This document shows positions 7,242 through 16,121 of a DNA stretch of 64,000 nucleotides, one piece after another. Position 1 is the stretch's first letter; each line of letters begins with the position of its first letter. Both the position numbers and the translations under genes were made by a program. This stretch comes from Escherichia phage HX01. The stretch lies in sequence record NC_018855.1. The stretch is one strand, 5' to 3'. Below the pieces are notes generated by a model. The model ran no database searches. It saw only the letters and a list, made by a program, of their open reading frames with translations, and was not told the DNA's origin.

Positions 7242-8342
7242 ATGAAAGTTATGTTTATCCCATCTCGTGCAGTCCCATTTAATCCTGACCGTGTACAAGG
7301 TGGTCTTGAAGCAGTACATTTAAATGTGTTGAAATATCTTGTGTCCATCGGTGCTGATATTGATTATATCGGCTTTGATAATGACACGTTTGGTGACTGG
7401 AAAGTTACACACCATCCTGTTGGTCATCTGACTAAATTTAGTCTAGGTATGAGTTATACTATGGCTCGTAAGATTGTTGAACTAGCCGGCATCCATGAAT
7501 ACGATTTTGTTGTTACTATGGAACCGACTAAACTAACCGTTCAGGCAATTAAAGACGCAGGTCTCTCTAAAGTTCATAAGAATTTTATGGCAACACCATT
7601 TGAACCGGTATCTCGTGGCATTGTTCAAATTTGGGACCAGACTATTCAAATTCATAAGAATGGTGGTAAGAGTTATGCTCCTACTAAAGCCTTCCGTGAA
7701 TTTGAACGCAAATATTGTTATATGACTTCAGGTCTGACTGACAAAATTGATTATGATTATTGGCGAGCAAATCCGTTGTTTGAAGCCGAAGATTATCCGG
7801 TTATTTGTTTGAATGAGAAACCTGAAGTTCTTCCGGCGACTGATCTGATTATTAGTGCACAACGTTATGACACTAAAATGCGTCGTACTGATGTTGCTCT
7901 TGAAGCGATTAAAGCACTAGGCGAAAATGGTGTAGGATACTGTCCAAGCAAATGGGCACCACCAGCTAAATATCCTGTTATTATTGATGCTCCACACAGT
8001 GAAATCATGGAACGTCTTAAAACAGCTAAAGCGCTTATTAATACGTGTCCTGACACAGGTACGGTAGAGAATAGTTCTATTGAAGCCATCTCTAAAGGTG
8101 TCCCTGTAATCCAGTTAGTTTTTAAGGATTATCCTCATGCGACATTCGAATACGACCCAGATACTGTGCGTGTAGAAATTGATTCCTCTACTCCTAAGAA
8201 AGAAGTAGTTGCGCTTTACACAAAAGCTGTATTAGAATTCACTGACACATACGAAGCTCGAGTTAAACGTGCTGAAGCAGTATGGAAGAAGTATAACCGA
8301 GATGCAGTTGTTGCGATGTGGGATAAAATCTTCACAGCGTAA
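7242..8342 (+). CDS. Glycosyltransferase-like protein (GT-B fold), candidate DNA hypermodification transferase
   Basis: 366 aa; N-terminal MKVMFIPS...GGLE Rossmann start and C-terminal ...TVENSSIEAISKGVPVI resembling the GT4 E-x-E region; occupies the slot between gene 39 and rIIA. Confidence 0.5.
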   Translation: MKVMFIPSRAVPFNPDRVQGGLEAVHLNVLKYLVSIGADIDYIGFDNDTFGDWKVTHHPVGHLTKFSLGMSYTMARKIVELAGIHEYDFVVTMEPTKLTVQAIKDAGLSKVHKNFMATPFEPVSRGIVQIWDQTIQIHKNGGKSYAPTKAFREFERKYCYMTSGLTDKIDYDYWRANPLFEAEDYPVICLNEKPEVLPATDLIISAQRYDTKMRRTDVALEAIKALGENGVGYCPSKWAPPAKYPVIIDAPHSEIMERLKTAKALINTCPDTGTVENSSIEAISKGVPVIQLVFKDYPHATFEYDPDTVRVEIDSSTPKKEVVALYTKAVLEFTDTYEARVKRAEAVWKKYNRDAVVAMWDKIFTA

Positions 8343-8358
8343 ATCCTGAATCGCCTGA

Positions 8359-8409
8359 GGCACTATTACACATAAGATGATAAATTATATGGTCTTTAGT
8401 AATAGTGCC
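8359..8409. repeat. 11-bp perfect inverted repeat with 29-nt loop in intergenic region
   Basis: GGCACTATTAC (8359-8369) and GTAATAGTGCC (8399-8409). Confidence 0.7.
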
Positions 8410-8434
8410 CTAGGAATCTACTGAAGAGAATATT

Positions 8435-8635
8435 ATGAGAACATATAACGTGGACTTGGAACTTTTTGATAAAGCAGTGCTCCGGGAATTCCGGCTTATC
8501 CAAAGATTTTTTGATATCGAATCAGCTGAAGCCTTTAAAGAACGCTTTAAGGAAATTCGATATAAAATACAAACCGATACAGCTACTAAAGAAGAACTTC
8601 TTGAAGTAGCAGAAATTTTTAAACGTAACTTGTGA
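8435..8635 (+). CDS. Hypothetical protein (rIIA.1 position)
   Basis: 66 aa ORF immediately upstream of rIIA. Confidence 0.5.
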   Translation: MRTYNVDLELFDKAVLREFRLIQRFFDIESAEAFKERFKEIRYKIQTDTATKEELLEVAEIFKRNL

Positions 8636-8647
8636 TGAGAGAAAAAT

Positions 8648-10861
8648 ATGATTATTGAAACGGCTAAAGAAACGATTATTGGTTCAGGCGGTAAGAGCAC
8701 AGCATTTACTATTCAAGGCAATAGCAAAGTTTATAAGATTTTGTCTAATGACCTTTATACAAACAAAGAATTGGCTTGTGTACGTGAATTAATCACAAAC
8801 TGTATTGATGGGCAAATTCTTAATGGTTGCACTGATAAGTTTATTGTTCAGGCTCCAGGTCGTTTAGACCCACGTTTTGTAGTTCGTGATTTTGGACCTG
8901 GTATGAGTGATTTCACTATTCGTGGTAATGACGAAGAGCCAGGAATTTATAACTCATATTTTGCTTCAACTAAAACATCGAGTAACGATTTCATTGGTGG
9001 ATTCGGACTCGGCTCTAAAGCTCCATTAGCATATACTGATACGTTTAACCTTACGTCTTATCATAATGGTGAAGTTCGTGGTTACGTAATCTACCAAGAT
9101 GACACAGGTCCACAGATTAAGCCGACCTTTGTAGATAAGATGGGTCCTGATGACCGTACGGGTGTAGAAGTAGTTGTACCGGTTAACCCGGAAGATTTTG
9201 AAAAGTTTGCATCCGAAATTGCATATGTTATGCGTCCTCTAGGTGATATTGCAGAAGTTCGTGGTGTTAAAGATATTAAATACTTCCCAGAATTTGATGA
9301 TGTATATTTGGCCAAGGAAGCTCCATGGGGTGAACGTGGTAATATCATGGCTGTTTATGGCGGTATTGTATATCCAATCGGAAGTGTTATTAAAGAACAA
9401 ACATGGATGATGACACGATGCACTACAGCTTATATTAAATTCCCAATGGGTGAACTAGATGTTGCTCCGTCTCGCGAAGCATTGTCATTTGATAAACGTA
9501 CAGTAGCAAATATCCATAAACGCGTTGCAGAAATCGATGCTAAATTGTTCGCTGAAGATTCTAAGAAATGGATTGATTGTAAATACCCACGACATGTGTT
9601 CCGCGAAATTGATTCTCTTGGCTATACCGCTCGTAAATACATGGAAAAGGCCGGGTCTAATATTGAATCACTGAAATACTCTAAAGAACAACTAACTTAT
9701 TCTGAGTTGTACAAACGTTTTAAAATGGGACCTGAGTGGTGTAATCTTGGTGTCGTATACGATATCGTTGAATCCCCTCGTCTTCGTCGTATTCGTGAAA
9801 GTGGTAGCTCATCATCAACCATTTCAATTAACAGCCTGATTGGCATTAACATTAAAAACGTTGAAATTGTTATTGACGATGTTAAGGGACGCGTTCCATT
9901 AATGCGAGCTCTTAATTCAATTGAAATGTCTAAAGACGAGGTTAAATTATCCGGTAAAGTTCCACGCGGTTTTGGTAAAAGCGTACTATTCGTTGACCCT
10001 ACAGACGAAGATGCAATGAAACTTCTGGAACGCCTTAAAGTTATCTTTGATGGCGATAGCATTAACATGTACAAGACTTCAGAGCTTTTACAAATCGTTA
10101 AGCCATGGATTGAAGTCAGGAAACGGACTAATGAGCCTCGTCCTAAATCCCCAAGTGCTCATCGGTTCTTTAAGAATGAAAAGGATGTTTGGGTATCAGA
10201 AGATCTCTTTATTCCAGCGAGTGAAGCTGATGAAATCCAAGGTTATGCTATAGTTCGTAATCGTTCTAATGCTGAATGTCTTGACGCAGATAAAGGTTGG
10301 TTAAACTATGACTCTAATTTCTTGACTCGTATTGCTGATTTGTCAGGTATTAAAGAGTTCACTGTAGTTCGCCCACAGATTGCTAAGAAAGTTCGTAAAC
10401 TTGGTGAAGTAGAATGCTTGTTCGAAAAATCAATTAATGACTATATTACGCTAATTGATAAAGTGGATTATGATGAGTATGTGTCACCAAGTCGTAGAGC
10501 ACAGCCTTATTTGAATCATATTACTCGTAATGAAGAGCTTAACTTCCTTAGTAAGTATTTTAGCTCTAAGAACAAAGAAATCAGTAAAGACTTTGCAAAA
10601 CTCTCAACAGTAAATAATCGTTGGGGATGGAATCGATTCGCAGGTGCTACTAATACAGACCTGAATAAGAAGTTAGAATTGTGTGCTAAAATTTTCGATA
10701 AGCTTAAAGATAATGCTTACGATAATGATGATAAAATGGTTATTGAATTCGAAACCAATTATCATATTGTGTCAGAATACATGGGACGACGTGGTACTCT
10801 TTCCAAAGAACAGGTCGCTCAAATCGTTAAATTCATGAAGGCCGTGGAAGCGGCCAAATAA
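8648..10861 (+). CDS. rIIA: rIIA lysis-inhibition/exclusion protein
   Basis: 737 aa (T4 rIIA about 725 aa); N-terminal GHKL-like ATPase motifs; followed by rIIB. Confidence 0.88.
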   Translation: MIIETAKETIIGSGGKSTAFTIQGNSKVYKILSNDLYTNKELACVRELITNCIDGQILNGCTDKFIVQAPGRLDPRFVVRDFGPGMSDFTIRGNDEEPGIYNSYFASTKTSSNDFIGGFGLGSKAPLAYTDTFNLTSYHNGEVRGYVIYQDDTGPQIKPTFVDKMGPDDRTGVEVVVPVNPEDFEKFASEIAYVMRPLGDIAEVRGVKDIKYFPEFDDVYLAKEAPWGERGNIMAVYGGIVYPIGSVIKEQTWMMTRCTTAYIKFPMGELDVAPSREALSFDKRTVANIHKRVAEIDAKLFAEDSKKWIDCKYPRHVFREIDSLGYTARKYMEKAGSNIESLKYSKEQLTYSELYKRFKMGPEWCNLGVVYDIVESPRLRRIRESGSSSSTISINSLIGINIKNVEIVIDDVKGRVPLMRALNSIEMSKDEVKLSGKVPRGFGKSVLFVDPTDEDAMKLLERLKVIFDGDSINMYKTSELLQIVKPWIEVRKRTNEPRPKSPSAHRFFKNEKDVWVSEDLFIPASEADEIQGYAIVRNRSNAECLDADKGWLNYDSNFLTRIADLSGIKEFTVVRPQIAKKVRKLGEVECLFEKSINDYITLIDKVDYDEYVSPSRRAQPYLNHITRNEELNFLSKYFSSKNKEISKDFAKLSTVNNRWGWNRFAGATNTDLNKKLELCAKIFDKLKDNAYDNDDKMVIEFETNYHIVSEYMGRRGTLSKEQVAQIVKFMKAVEAAK

Positions 10862-10870
10862 GGAAACATT

Positions 10871-11818
10871 ATGTACAATATTAAATGCTTGTCCCAAGAA
10901 GAACAGTTAGAAGCTTATGGCCTGGTTGAATCAGGCAAATGGACTCGTAAAGAAATTGCCGATTACTTCGACATTTCAACAGATACTCTTCGTAAGATTG
11001 TTAAGAATTTTAAAGCAGAAGGCGTTGTCCCTGAAGCAAACGATGCCTCTTATGTAATCGAAGAAGTTCCAGAAAATGATGAACCTATTATCGGCGGACA
11101 TCGTCCTGAAATCGTATGGAACGCGTCATCTAAATTTATTTCAATTATTGAAGGACGCGTAGCATACAATGCGACTCCATCAAGTCATGCAAATTTTGAA
11201 GAAATTAAAGCTAATCTGGTCGCAGGAAACCTTAATAAAGCTGTCGAACTTATTAACATCAAGAAAGCTATTAGTAAGTTTGTTGACGGTAATGTTGTTA
11301 TTGAAGGTGGTAGTTTATTTTATCAAGGTATAGAGATTCGTTCTGGTCTGGTTAATCGTATTATTGATTCTATGGAAAAAGGCGAAGACTTTAAATTCTA
11401 TCTACCGTTCCTTGAAAACCTGTTAGAAAACCCAAGCGAAAAAGCTGTACAACGTTTATTCGACTTCTTGGTTGCAAATGATATTGAAATCACTGAAGAT
11501 GGGCATTTCTACGCGTGGAAAGTAGTTCGTAAAGATTATTTAGATTGCTATAGCGGTACATTTGATAACTCACCAGGTAAAGTTGTTTCAATGCCTCGTA
11601 CTCGTGTTAACGATGATGATACACAAACCTGCTCCCGTGGTCTACATGTTTGCGCTAAATCGTATATTCGTTACTTTGGTTCTAGCTCAGATAAAGTTGT
11701 TAAGGTTAAAGTTCATCCACGTGATGTTGTGTCCATCCCAGTTGACTATGGCGATGCTAAGATGCGTACTTGTCGTTATGAAGTAATTTCAGACGTTACT
11801 GAATTATTTGCAGAATAA
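10871..11818 (+). CDS. rIIB: rIIB protein
   Basis: 315 aa (T4 312 aa), directly downstream of rIIA, followed by strong terminator. Confidence 0.85.
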   Translation: MYNIKCLSQEEQLEAYGLVESGKWTRKEIADYFDISTDTLRKIVKNFKAEGVVPEANDASYVIEEVPENDEPIIGGHRPEIVWNASSKFISIIEGRVAYNATPSSHANFEEIKANLVAGNLNKAVELINIKKAISKFVDGNVVIEGGSLFYQGIEIRSGLVNRIIDSMEKGEDFKFYLPFLENLLENPSEKAVQRLFDFLVANDIEITEDGHFYAWKVVRKDYLDCYSGTFDNSPGKVVSMPRTRVNDDDTQTCSRGLHVCAKSYIRYFGSSSDKVVKVKVHPRDVVSIPVDYGDAKMRTCRYEVISDVTELFAE

Positions 11819-11823
11819 TAATT

Positions 11824-11846
11824 GGGGACTTCGGTCCCCTTTTTTT
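11824..11846 (+). terminator. Intrinsic terminator after rIIB
   Basis: GGGGACTTCGGTCCCC followed by TTTTTTT. Confidence 0.8.
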
Positions 11847-11860
11847 CTTTAGGGGTAATT

Positions 11861-12148
11861 ATGATTCATCCATTTGACGTATCAGAATCCAAAATTGCTA
11901 ATCTTCGTGGTCATCATAAGTGTAAATCAGTTTATTGTGCTAAATTGGTAAAACATCCTGGCGATGCACACTACGGCTGGTTAGAATGCGACGAAGTTGT
12001 TATTGAAATTCCGCCTGTAGATGCAGAATATCTTGAAGAAGGAGACCGCATTTATTTTGGCGAACTACACATCAGAGGTATCTATGGTAAAGACGAACTT
12101 GGGGCTGTTGAGACTGAAGAATCTTCCGACATTTATCCTGTCGAATGA
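11861..12148 (+). CDS. Hypothetical Cys/His-containing protein
   Basis: ORF track 11822-12148; the first 13 codons are the translated terminator hairpin, so start moved to ATG 11861 (RBS AGGGG). Confidence 0.4.
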   Translation: MIHPFDVSESKIANLRGHHKCKSVYCAKLVKHPGDAHYGWLECDEVVIEIPPVDAEYLEEGDRIYFGELHIRGIYGKDELGAVETEESSDIYPVE

Positions 12149-12164
12149 GTTTTTGACTAGTGAA

Positions 12165-12641
12165 ATGAAGGTGAAGATTGCTGACACTGCTCGGTATTCC
12201 CTGAGCCAAAATCCTGATCAAAACAAAGAAGATGTAGTTCGACGTTGTAAGGTTGCGATCTTTGCAGAGTATGTAGTAGCAAATTGGCTAGACGGATATG
12301 TTAATAAAGGTATTGAAGACGTAGAAGACCCGTACACGTATGCATGGGACGTGTTAGCCCATCCCAAGTATTGTGGAATTCGTGTAGAAGTCAAGACACA
12401 CCAGATAGATTCTAAATGGATTTCTGTTACCACAGGATACAGTGGTGATTATCCAGGTGGCAACGGAATCAACATAGGGCCCTTCTTGAACCATCGAGTC
12501 GCAGATTGCATTATTATATTAGATGTCAAAGAAACCTCACCTGACGTCTTCTCTTATTCTATAAAGTTCGTGGGAGACCATGAAGACCTAAAGAAAATCG
12601 TCCGCAAGAGCAACTACAACGGGTGGTATCTTCATCTTTAA
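12165..12641 (+). CDS. Hypothetical protein in the denB position; start uncertain (12021, 12084 or 12165)
   Basis: ORF track 12021-12641; start at 12084 would give 185 aa, the T4 DenB length; identity with DenB not verified. Confidence 0.4.
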   Translation: MKVKIADTARYSLSQNPDQNKEDVVRRCKVAIFAEYVVANWLDGYVNKGIEDVEDPYTYAWDVLAHPKYCGIRVEVKTHQIDSKWISVTTGYSGDYPGGNGINIGPFLNHRVADCIIILDVKETSPDVFSYSIKFVGDHEDLKKIVRKSNYNGWYLHL

Positions 12642-12653
12642 TTTCATAAAAGT

Positions 12654-12683
12654 GTTTACAACTAAGTAGGTCTATGATATAGT
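12654..12683 (+). promoter_or_regulatory. Early-type promoter (GTTTAC-18-TATAGT)
   Basis: -10 flanked by inverted repeat TAGG...CCTA. Confidence 0.55.
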
Positions 12684-12709
12684 AGTCCTATCTAAAAGAG
12701 GATAACATC

Positions 12710-12973
12710 ATGAAATTTAAATTTTTCTACGCAAAACATAAAGTGACCGGTGAGTTTGTTTCAATGTACAACACCGCAGATGACGAAGGGATGATTTATA
12801 CTCATTTAGGTCTATCTCATTGGGACTCAGACGTGCCTTATATGTCATCTGAAGCCGAAATAACTCGTTTAGTTAATGGACATATGAACGACCATTTTAG
12901 TGTTATTCTTTCTAAAGACCTTAAAGAGGTTATCAACAAAGGATATATGGAACTCGCGGAAGTTGAGATATGA
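12710..12973 (+). CDS. Hypothetical protein
   Basis: 87 aa with RBS AGAGGA and promoter at 12654-12683. Confidence 0.5.
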   Translation: MKFKFFYAKHKVTGEFVSMYNTADDEGMIYTHLGLSHWDSDVPYMSSEAEITRLVNGHMNDHFSVILSKDLKEVINKGYMELAEVEI

Positions 12974-13056
12974 GCTCTAAAATGTGGATAGGAATATGGT
13001 TGCTTAGTATCCCTATGATTTGTATAGTATTTTCAATTGTATTGAGGTACTTATGA
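12970..13056 (+). CDS. Putative 28-aa hydrophobic peptide
   Basis: ATG overlaps upstream stop (ATGA); MSSKMWIGIWLLSIPMICIVFSIVLRYL, single predicted TM segment. Confidence 0.3.
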   Translation: MSSKMWIGIWLLSIPMICIVFSIVLRYL

Positions 13057-13163
13057 AAAATGCACTTATTATTGTACTAAGAACAATTTGTGATACGGGT
13101 TTTTACATCGCATGTTCGTTCACTGGAACATGGTTGGCTTTAACATATTTTAATGTAATTTAA
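13053..13163 (+). CDS. Putative 36-aa hydrophobic peptide
   Basis: ATG overlaps upstream stop; MKNALIIVLRTICDTGFYIACSFTGTWLALTYFNVI. Confidence 0.3.
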   Translation: MKNALIIVLRTICDTGFYIACSFTGTWLALTYFNVI

Positions 13164-13165
13164 TT

Positions 13166-13195
13166 GTTTACAACAAGGTAGGATTATGGTATAGT
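13166..13195 (+). promoter_or_regulatory. Early-type promoter (GTTTAC-18-TATAGT)
   Basis: -10 flanked by GTAGG...CCTAC. Confidence 0.55.
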
Positions 13196-13223
13196 AGTCC
13201 TACTGAAACATGAGGAACACAAA

Positions 13224-13424
13224 ATGGCTAAGCTTTTTAAAGATGTTGAAATTGGTGAAAAATTTGTTCTGAATAATGGTCAGCAGCTTATTCGTGTAGC
13301 TTCTATCGCCGGACAAACTCATAACTGTATCGCCCCAACGTGTTGGACTCGATTCTTTATTGAAGATGACACTGAATGTTTAACTGTTGAAGAGCTTTTT
13401 GAACGTTCTGATATAGCCGAATAA
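13224..13424 (+). CDS. Hypothetical protein
   Basis: 66 aa with RBS GAGGAA and promoter at 13166-13195. Confidence 0.5.
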   Translation: MAKLFKDVEIGEKFVLNNGQQLIRVASIAGQTHNCIAPTCWTRFFIEDDTECLTVEELFERSDIAE

Positions 13425-13426
13425 AA

Positions 13427-13456
13427 TTGTACAAACTCTTGAGAGCAGAGTATAAT
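13427..13456 (+). promoter_or_regulatory. Early-type promoter (TTGTAC-18-TATAAT) upstream of ndd
   Basis: -10 flanked by GAGAGCA...TGCTCTC; near-identical to element at 41819. Confidence 0.6.
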
Positions 13457-13500
13457 GCTCTCATGGATTACAAAAACATTAATCAATTGAGGAAATTAGC

Positions 13501-13947
13501 ATGTCCAAATATTTAACTCGTAAAGACCTTCTGGCAGTTGGCGGTGAAGTTGTTGCAGTAGTTCGTAATGGTGAATACGGTTCTGAAGTTTCTAAAGAGT
13601 TTCGTTCTCGTGAAGGTTTTTACTTCTTTGTTAAAGGTTCATCTGACTGGCGTCAAGTAGCAGCACGATTCTTTGTAGGACGTCAACGTTCTAAACAAGG
13701 GTTGGATGCAATTCTTTCTCACATTCGTCAAGGCCGTTCGCAACTAGCCCGTACTATGGGCACTAACAATATTGAATATGATGTAATCTTTGTTGCAGCT
13801 AAGAACATGAAACCACTGACTACTGGTTATGGTAAAGGACAATTGGCTCTGGCATTCACTCGCAATCATACATCAGAATATCAAACACTCACTGAAATGA
13901 ACCGTCTTCTGGCCGATAATTTCAAATTCATTCTGCAGAGTTACTAA
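13501..13947 (+). CDS. ndd: Nucleoid disruption protein Ndd
   Basis: 148 aa; C-terminal ...[38 protein letters not shown] matches T4 Ndd from memory. Confidence 0.8.
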   Translation: MSKYLTRKDLLAVGGEVVAVVRNGEYGSEVSKEFRSREGFYFFVKGSSDWRQVAARFFVGRQRSKQGLDAILSHIRQGRSQLARTMGTNNIEYDVIFVAAKNMKPLTTGYGKGQLALAFTRNHTSEYQTLTEMNRLLADNFKFILQSY

Positions 13948-13954
13948 TTTATAC

Positions 13955-13986
13955 AGGCCTAGCTTAATAGGCCTTTAATTTATTTT
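13955..13986 (+). terminator. Probable terminator after ndd
   Basis: AGGCCT-agcttaat-AGGCCT hairpin followed by T-rich tract. Confidence 0.5.
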
Positions 13987-13999
13987 TGAGGTAATTAAA

Positions 14000-14149
14000 A
14001 TGGTAGCATGGATTATTGCATTGCTGTGTTGGTCGTTTTTATTCGTTAACACTTTAGTTACAGGCGAAACAACAGTATTTCAACAGGCTGTGTCACAAGG
14101 TACCTTAGCGGTCTTAGCTCTTCTTAACGTATTAAAAGGCGAGCAATGA
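14000..14149 (+). CDS. Small membrane protein (ac-like position)
   Basis: 49 aa hydrophobic ORF, RBS GAGG upstream; T4 has small membrane genes (ac, 52.1) here. Confidence 0.4.
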   Translation: MVAWIIALLCWSFLFVNTLVTGETTVFQQAVSQGTLAVLALLNVLKGEQ

Positions 14150-14286
14150 TTAAGAAAATCTTAGCAGGAGCCTTCGGGCTCTTGTTGTTGCTTACGGTTC
14201 TGTACTACGGTGTGATGTTTGGGCTAATCCAAGTAGTGCTTTTCATTTCAGATGTTATAATGGTTATTCGTTCATTAATATGGTGA
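14146..14286 (+). CDS. Small membrane protein (52.1-like position)
   Basis: 46 aa hydrophobic ORF, ATG overlapping upstream stop. Confidence 0.4.
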   Translation: MIKKILAGAFGLLLLLTVLYYGVMFGLIQVVLFISDVIMVIRSLIW

Positions 14287-14290
14287 AAAT

Positions 14291-15616
14291 ATGCAATTGA
14301 ATTCTCGTAATCTAAAAAGTATTATTGATAACGAAGCCTTAGCATATGCGATGTACACCGTTGAAAACCGTGCAATCCCAAACATGATTGATGGATTTAA
14401 GCCGGTTCAACGTTTTGTGGTTCATCGTGCGTTAGATTTGGCTCGTGGTAATAAAGAAAAATTTCATAAACTTGCGTCAATTGCAGGAGGTGTTGCAGAT
14501 TTAGGTTATCATCATGGCGAATCTTCTGCACAAGATGCAGGTGCATTGATGGCTAACACATGGAACAACAACTATCCGTTGTTAGATGGCCAAGGCAACT
14601 TTGGTTCTCGAACAGTCCAAAAAGCTGCAGCATCTCGTTATATTTTTGCTCGTGTAAGTAAAAATTTCTATAACGTATATAAAGATACTGAATATGCTCC
14701 AGCTCATGAAGATAAAGAACACATTCCGCCAAAATTCTATCTTCCTATTATTCCGACAGTTCTTTTGAATGGCGTCTCTGGTATTGCAACCGGTTACGCA
14801 ACAAATATTCTGCCTCATAGTTTTAAATCAGTCAAAAAGGCTGTATTACAAGCTCTTCAAGGTAAAAATGTCACTAAGCCAAAAGTTGAATTCCCGGAAT
14901 TCCGTGGTGAAGTACATGAAGTTGATGGGCGTTATGAGATTCACGGAACATATAAGTTCACATCTCGCACTCAAATGCAGATAACTGAAATCCCATATAA
15001 ATTCGACCGTGAAACGTATGTGAGTAAGGTTCTTGACCCGTTGGAAGACAAAGGTCTAATCTCATGGGAAGATGATTGTGGTGAACACGGCTTTGGGTTT
15101 AAGGTGAAGTTCCGTAAAGAGTACTCGCTTCCTGATGATGAAGAGCTACGTCATGAAAAAATCATGAAAGATTTTAGTCTCATCGAACGTCGTTCACAAA
15201 ACATCACAGTGATTAATGAAAAGGGTAAATTAGCAGTCTACGATAACGTAGTGGACTTAATCAAAGATTTTGTTGAAGTCCGTAAGACTTACGTTCAGAA
15301 ACGTATTGACAACAAAATCCTTGAATCTGAAAAAGCGTTTAAACTTGCTTTTGCTAAGGCACACTTCATCAAAAAAGTTATTACAGGTGAAATTGTGATT
15401 CAGGGCAAGACTCGTAAAGCTTTGACTGAAGAGCTAGCACAAATCGAAATGTATAAAGAACATGTCGATAAACTGGTAGGTCTTAACATCTTCCATATCA
15501 CTTCCGACGAAGCACGTAAACTAGCAGAAGAAGCTAAAGCTAAGAAAGAAGAAAATGAGTATTGGAAGTCTACCGATGTTGTGACAGAGTACACTAAAGA
15601 CTTGGAGGCACTTTGA
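14291..15616 (+). CDS. 52: DNA topoisomerase II medium subunit (GyrA-like)
   Basis: 441 aa; N-terminal region ...AIPNMIDGFKPVQRFVVHRA is GyrA/ParC-like and matches T4 gp52. Confidence 0.92.
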   Translation: MQLNSRNLKSIIDNEALAYAMYTVENRAIPNMIDGFKPVQRFVVHRALDLARGNKEKFHKLASIAGGVADLGYHHGESSAQDAGALMANTWNNNYPLLDGQGNFGSRTVQKAAASRYIFARVSKNFYNVYKDTEYAPAHEDKEHIPPKFYLPIIPTVLLNGVSGIATGYATNILPHSFKSVKKAVLQALQGKNVTKPKVEFPEFRGEVHEVDGRYEIHGTYKFTSRTQMQITEIPYKFDRETYVSKVLDPLEDKGLISWEDDCGEHGFGFKVKFRKEYSLPDDEELRHEKIMKDFSLIERRSQNITVINEKGKLAVYDNVVDLIKDFVEVRKTYVQKRIDNKILESEKAFKLAFAKAHFIKKVITGEIVIQGKTRKALTEELAQIEMYKEHVDKLVGLNIFHITSDEARKLAEEAKAKKEENEYWKSTDVVTEYTKDLEAL

Positions 15617-15692
15617 GTGCCCTAGCCTTAGGATTTCTCGGTGCAATAGCTGCACTAGTGATTTGGCTGTATTGGTTGGACAAACATGATTA

Positions 15693-15713
15693 GGGAGCTT
15701 CGGCTCCCTTTTG
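15693..15713 (+). terminator. Intrinsic terminator after gene 52
   Basis: GGGAGCTTCGGCTCCC plus TTTT. Confidence 0.75.
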
Positions 15714-15733
15714 TGCATTTTTCTCACAAAACA

Positions 15734-15762
15734 GTTTACATGTGCTTCAAACATGATATTAT
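15734..15762 (+). promoter_or_regulatory. Early-type promoter (GTTTAC-17-TATTAT) with MotA-box-like GCTTCA
   Basis: Part of a repeated promoter-leader module. Confidence 0.55.
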
Positions 15763-15801
15763 AGACCTATCAAAACAAAACAACCAAATTGGAGAAATAA
15801 A

Positions 15802-16017
15802 ATGTCTAAAATGAAATTAACCCAAAACACAACTACTCGTTTTGGTAAAGTTAAACCTGGTATGAATGCTCCCCGTAAAGCACTTGTTGAAGAATTAAAT
15901 TTCTTAGAAGTTGAAATCAATTCTTTAGTGGTTCGCGGTTCAAATGGACATCGTTTAGAAAAGCTTCGTTCTAAAAAGGCAAAACTTATTGGCCTTATTA
16001 AAGAAATGAGTTTGTAA
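15802..16017 (+). CDS. Hypothetical basic protein
   Basis: 71 aa; driven by a copy of the motA promoter-leader module. Confidence 0.5.
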   Translation: MSKMKLTQNTTTRFGKVKPGMNAPRKALVEELNFLEVEINSLVVRGSNGHRLEKLRSKKAKLIGLIKEMSL

Positions 16018-16055
16018 ATTTTACCAGGGCTTTTGGAAAAAGAGCCCAAAATAAA

Positions 16056-16084
16056 GTTTACTTTTGCTTCAAACATGATATTAT
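16056..16084 (+). promoter_or_regulatory. motA promoter (GTTTAC-17-TATTAT)
   Basis: Second copy of the module; 38 nt upstream of motA ATG. Confidence 0.6.
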
Positions 16085-16121
16085 AGACCTATCAAAACAA
16101 ATACTAATTTGGAGAAATAAA

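Noticed and set aside
11822-11860. N-terminal extension MGTSVPFFSLGVI of ORF 11822-12148
   Set aside because: These codons are the translation of the rIIB terminator hairpin and T-run. A start at ATG 11861 with its own RBS is more plausible.
16021-16050. Hairpin GGGCTTTT-GGAA-AAAGAGCCC after ORF 15802-16017 as a terminator
   Set aside because: It is followed by an A-run, not a T-run, on the + strand and has an imperfect stem. Not called as a terminator.
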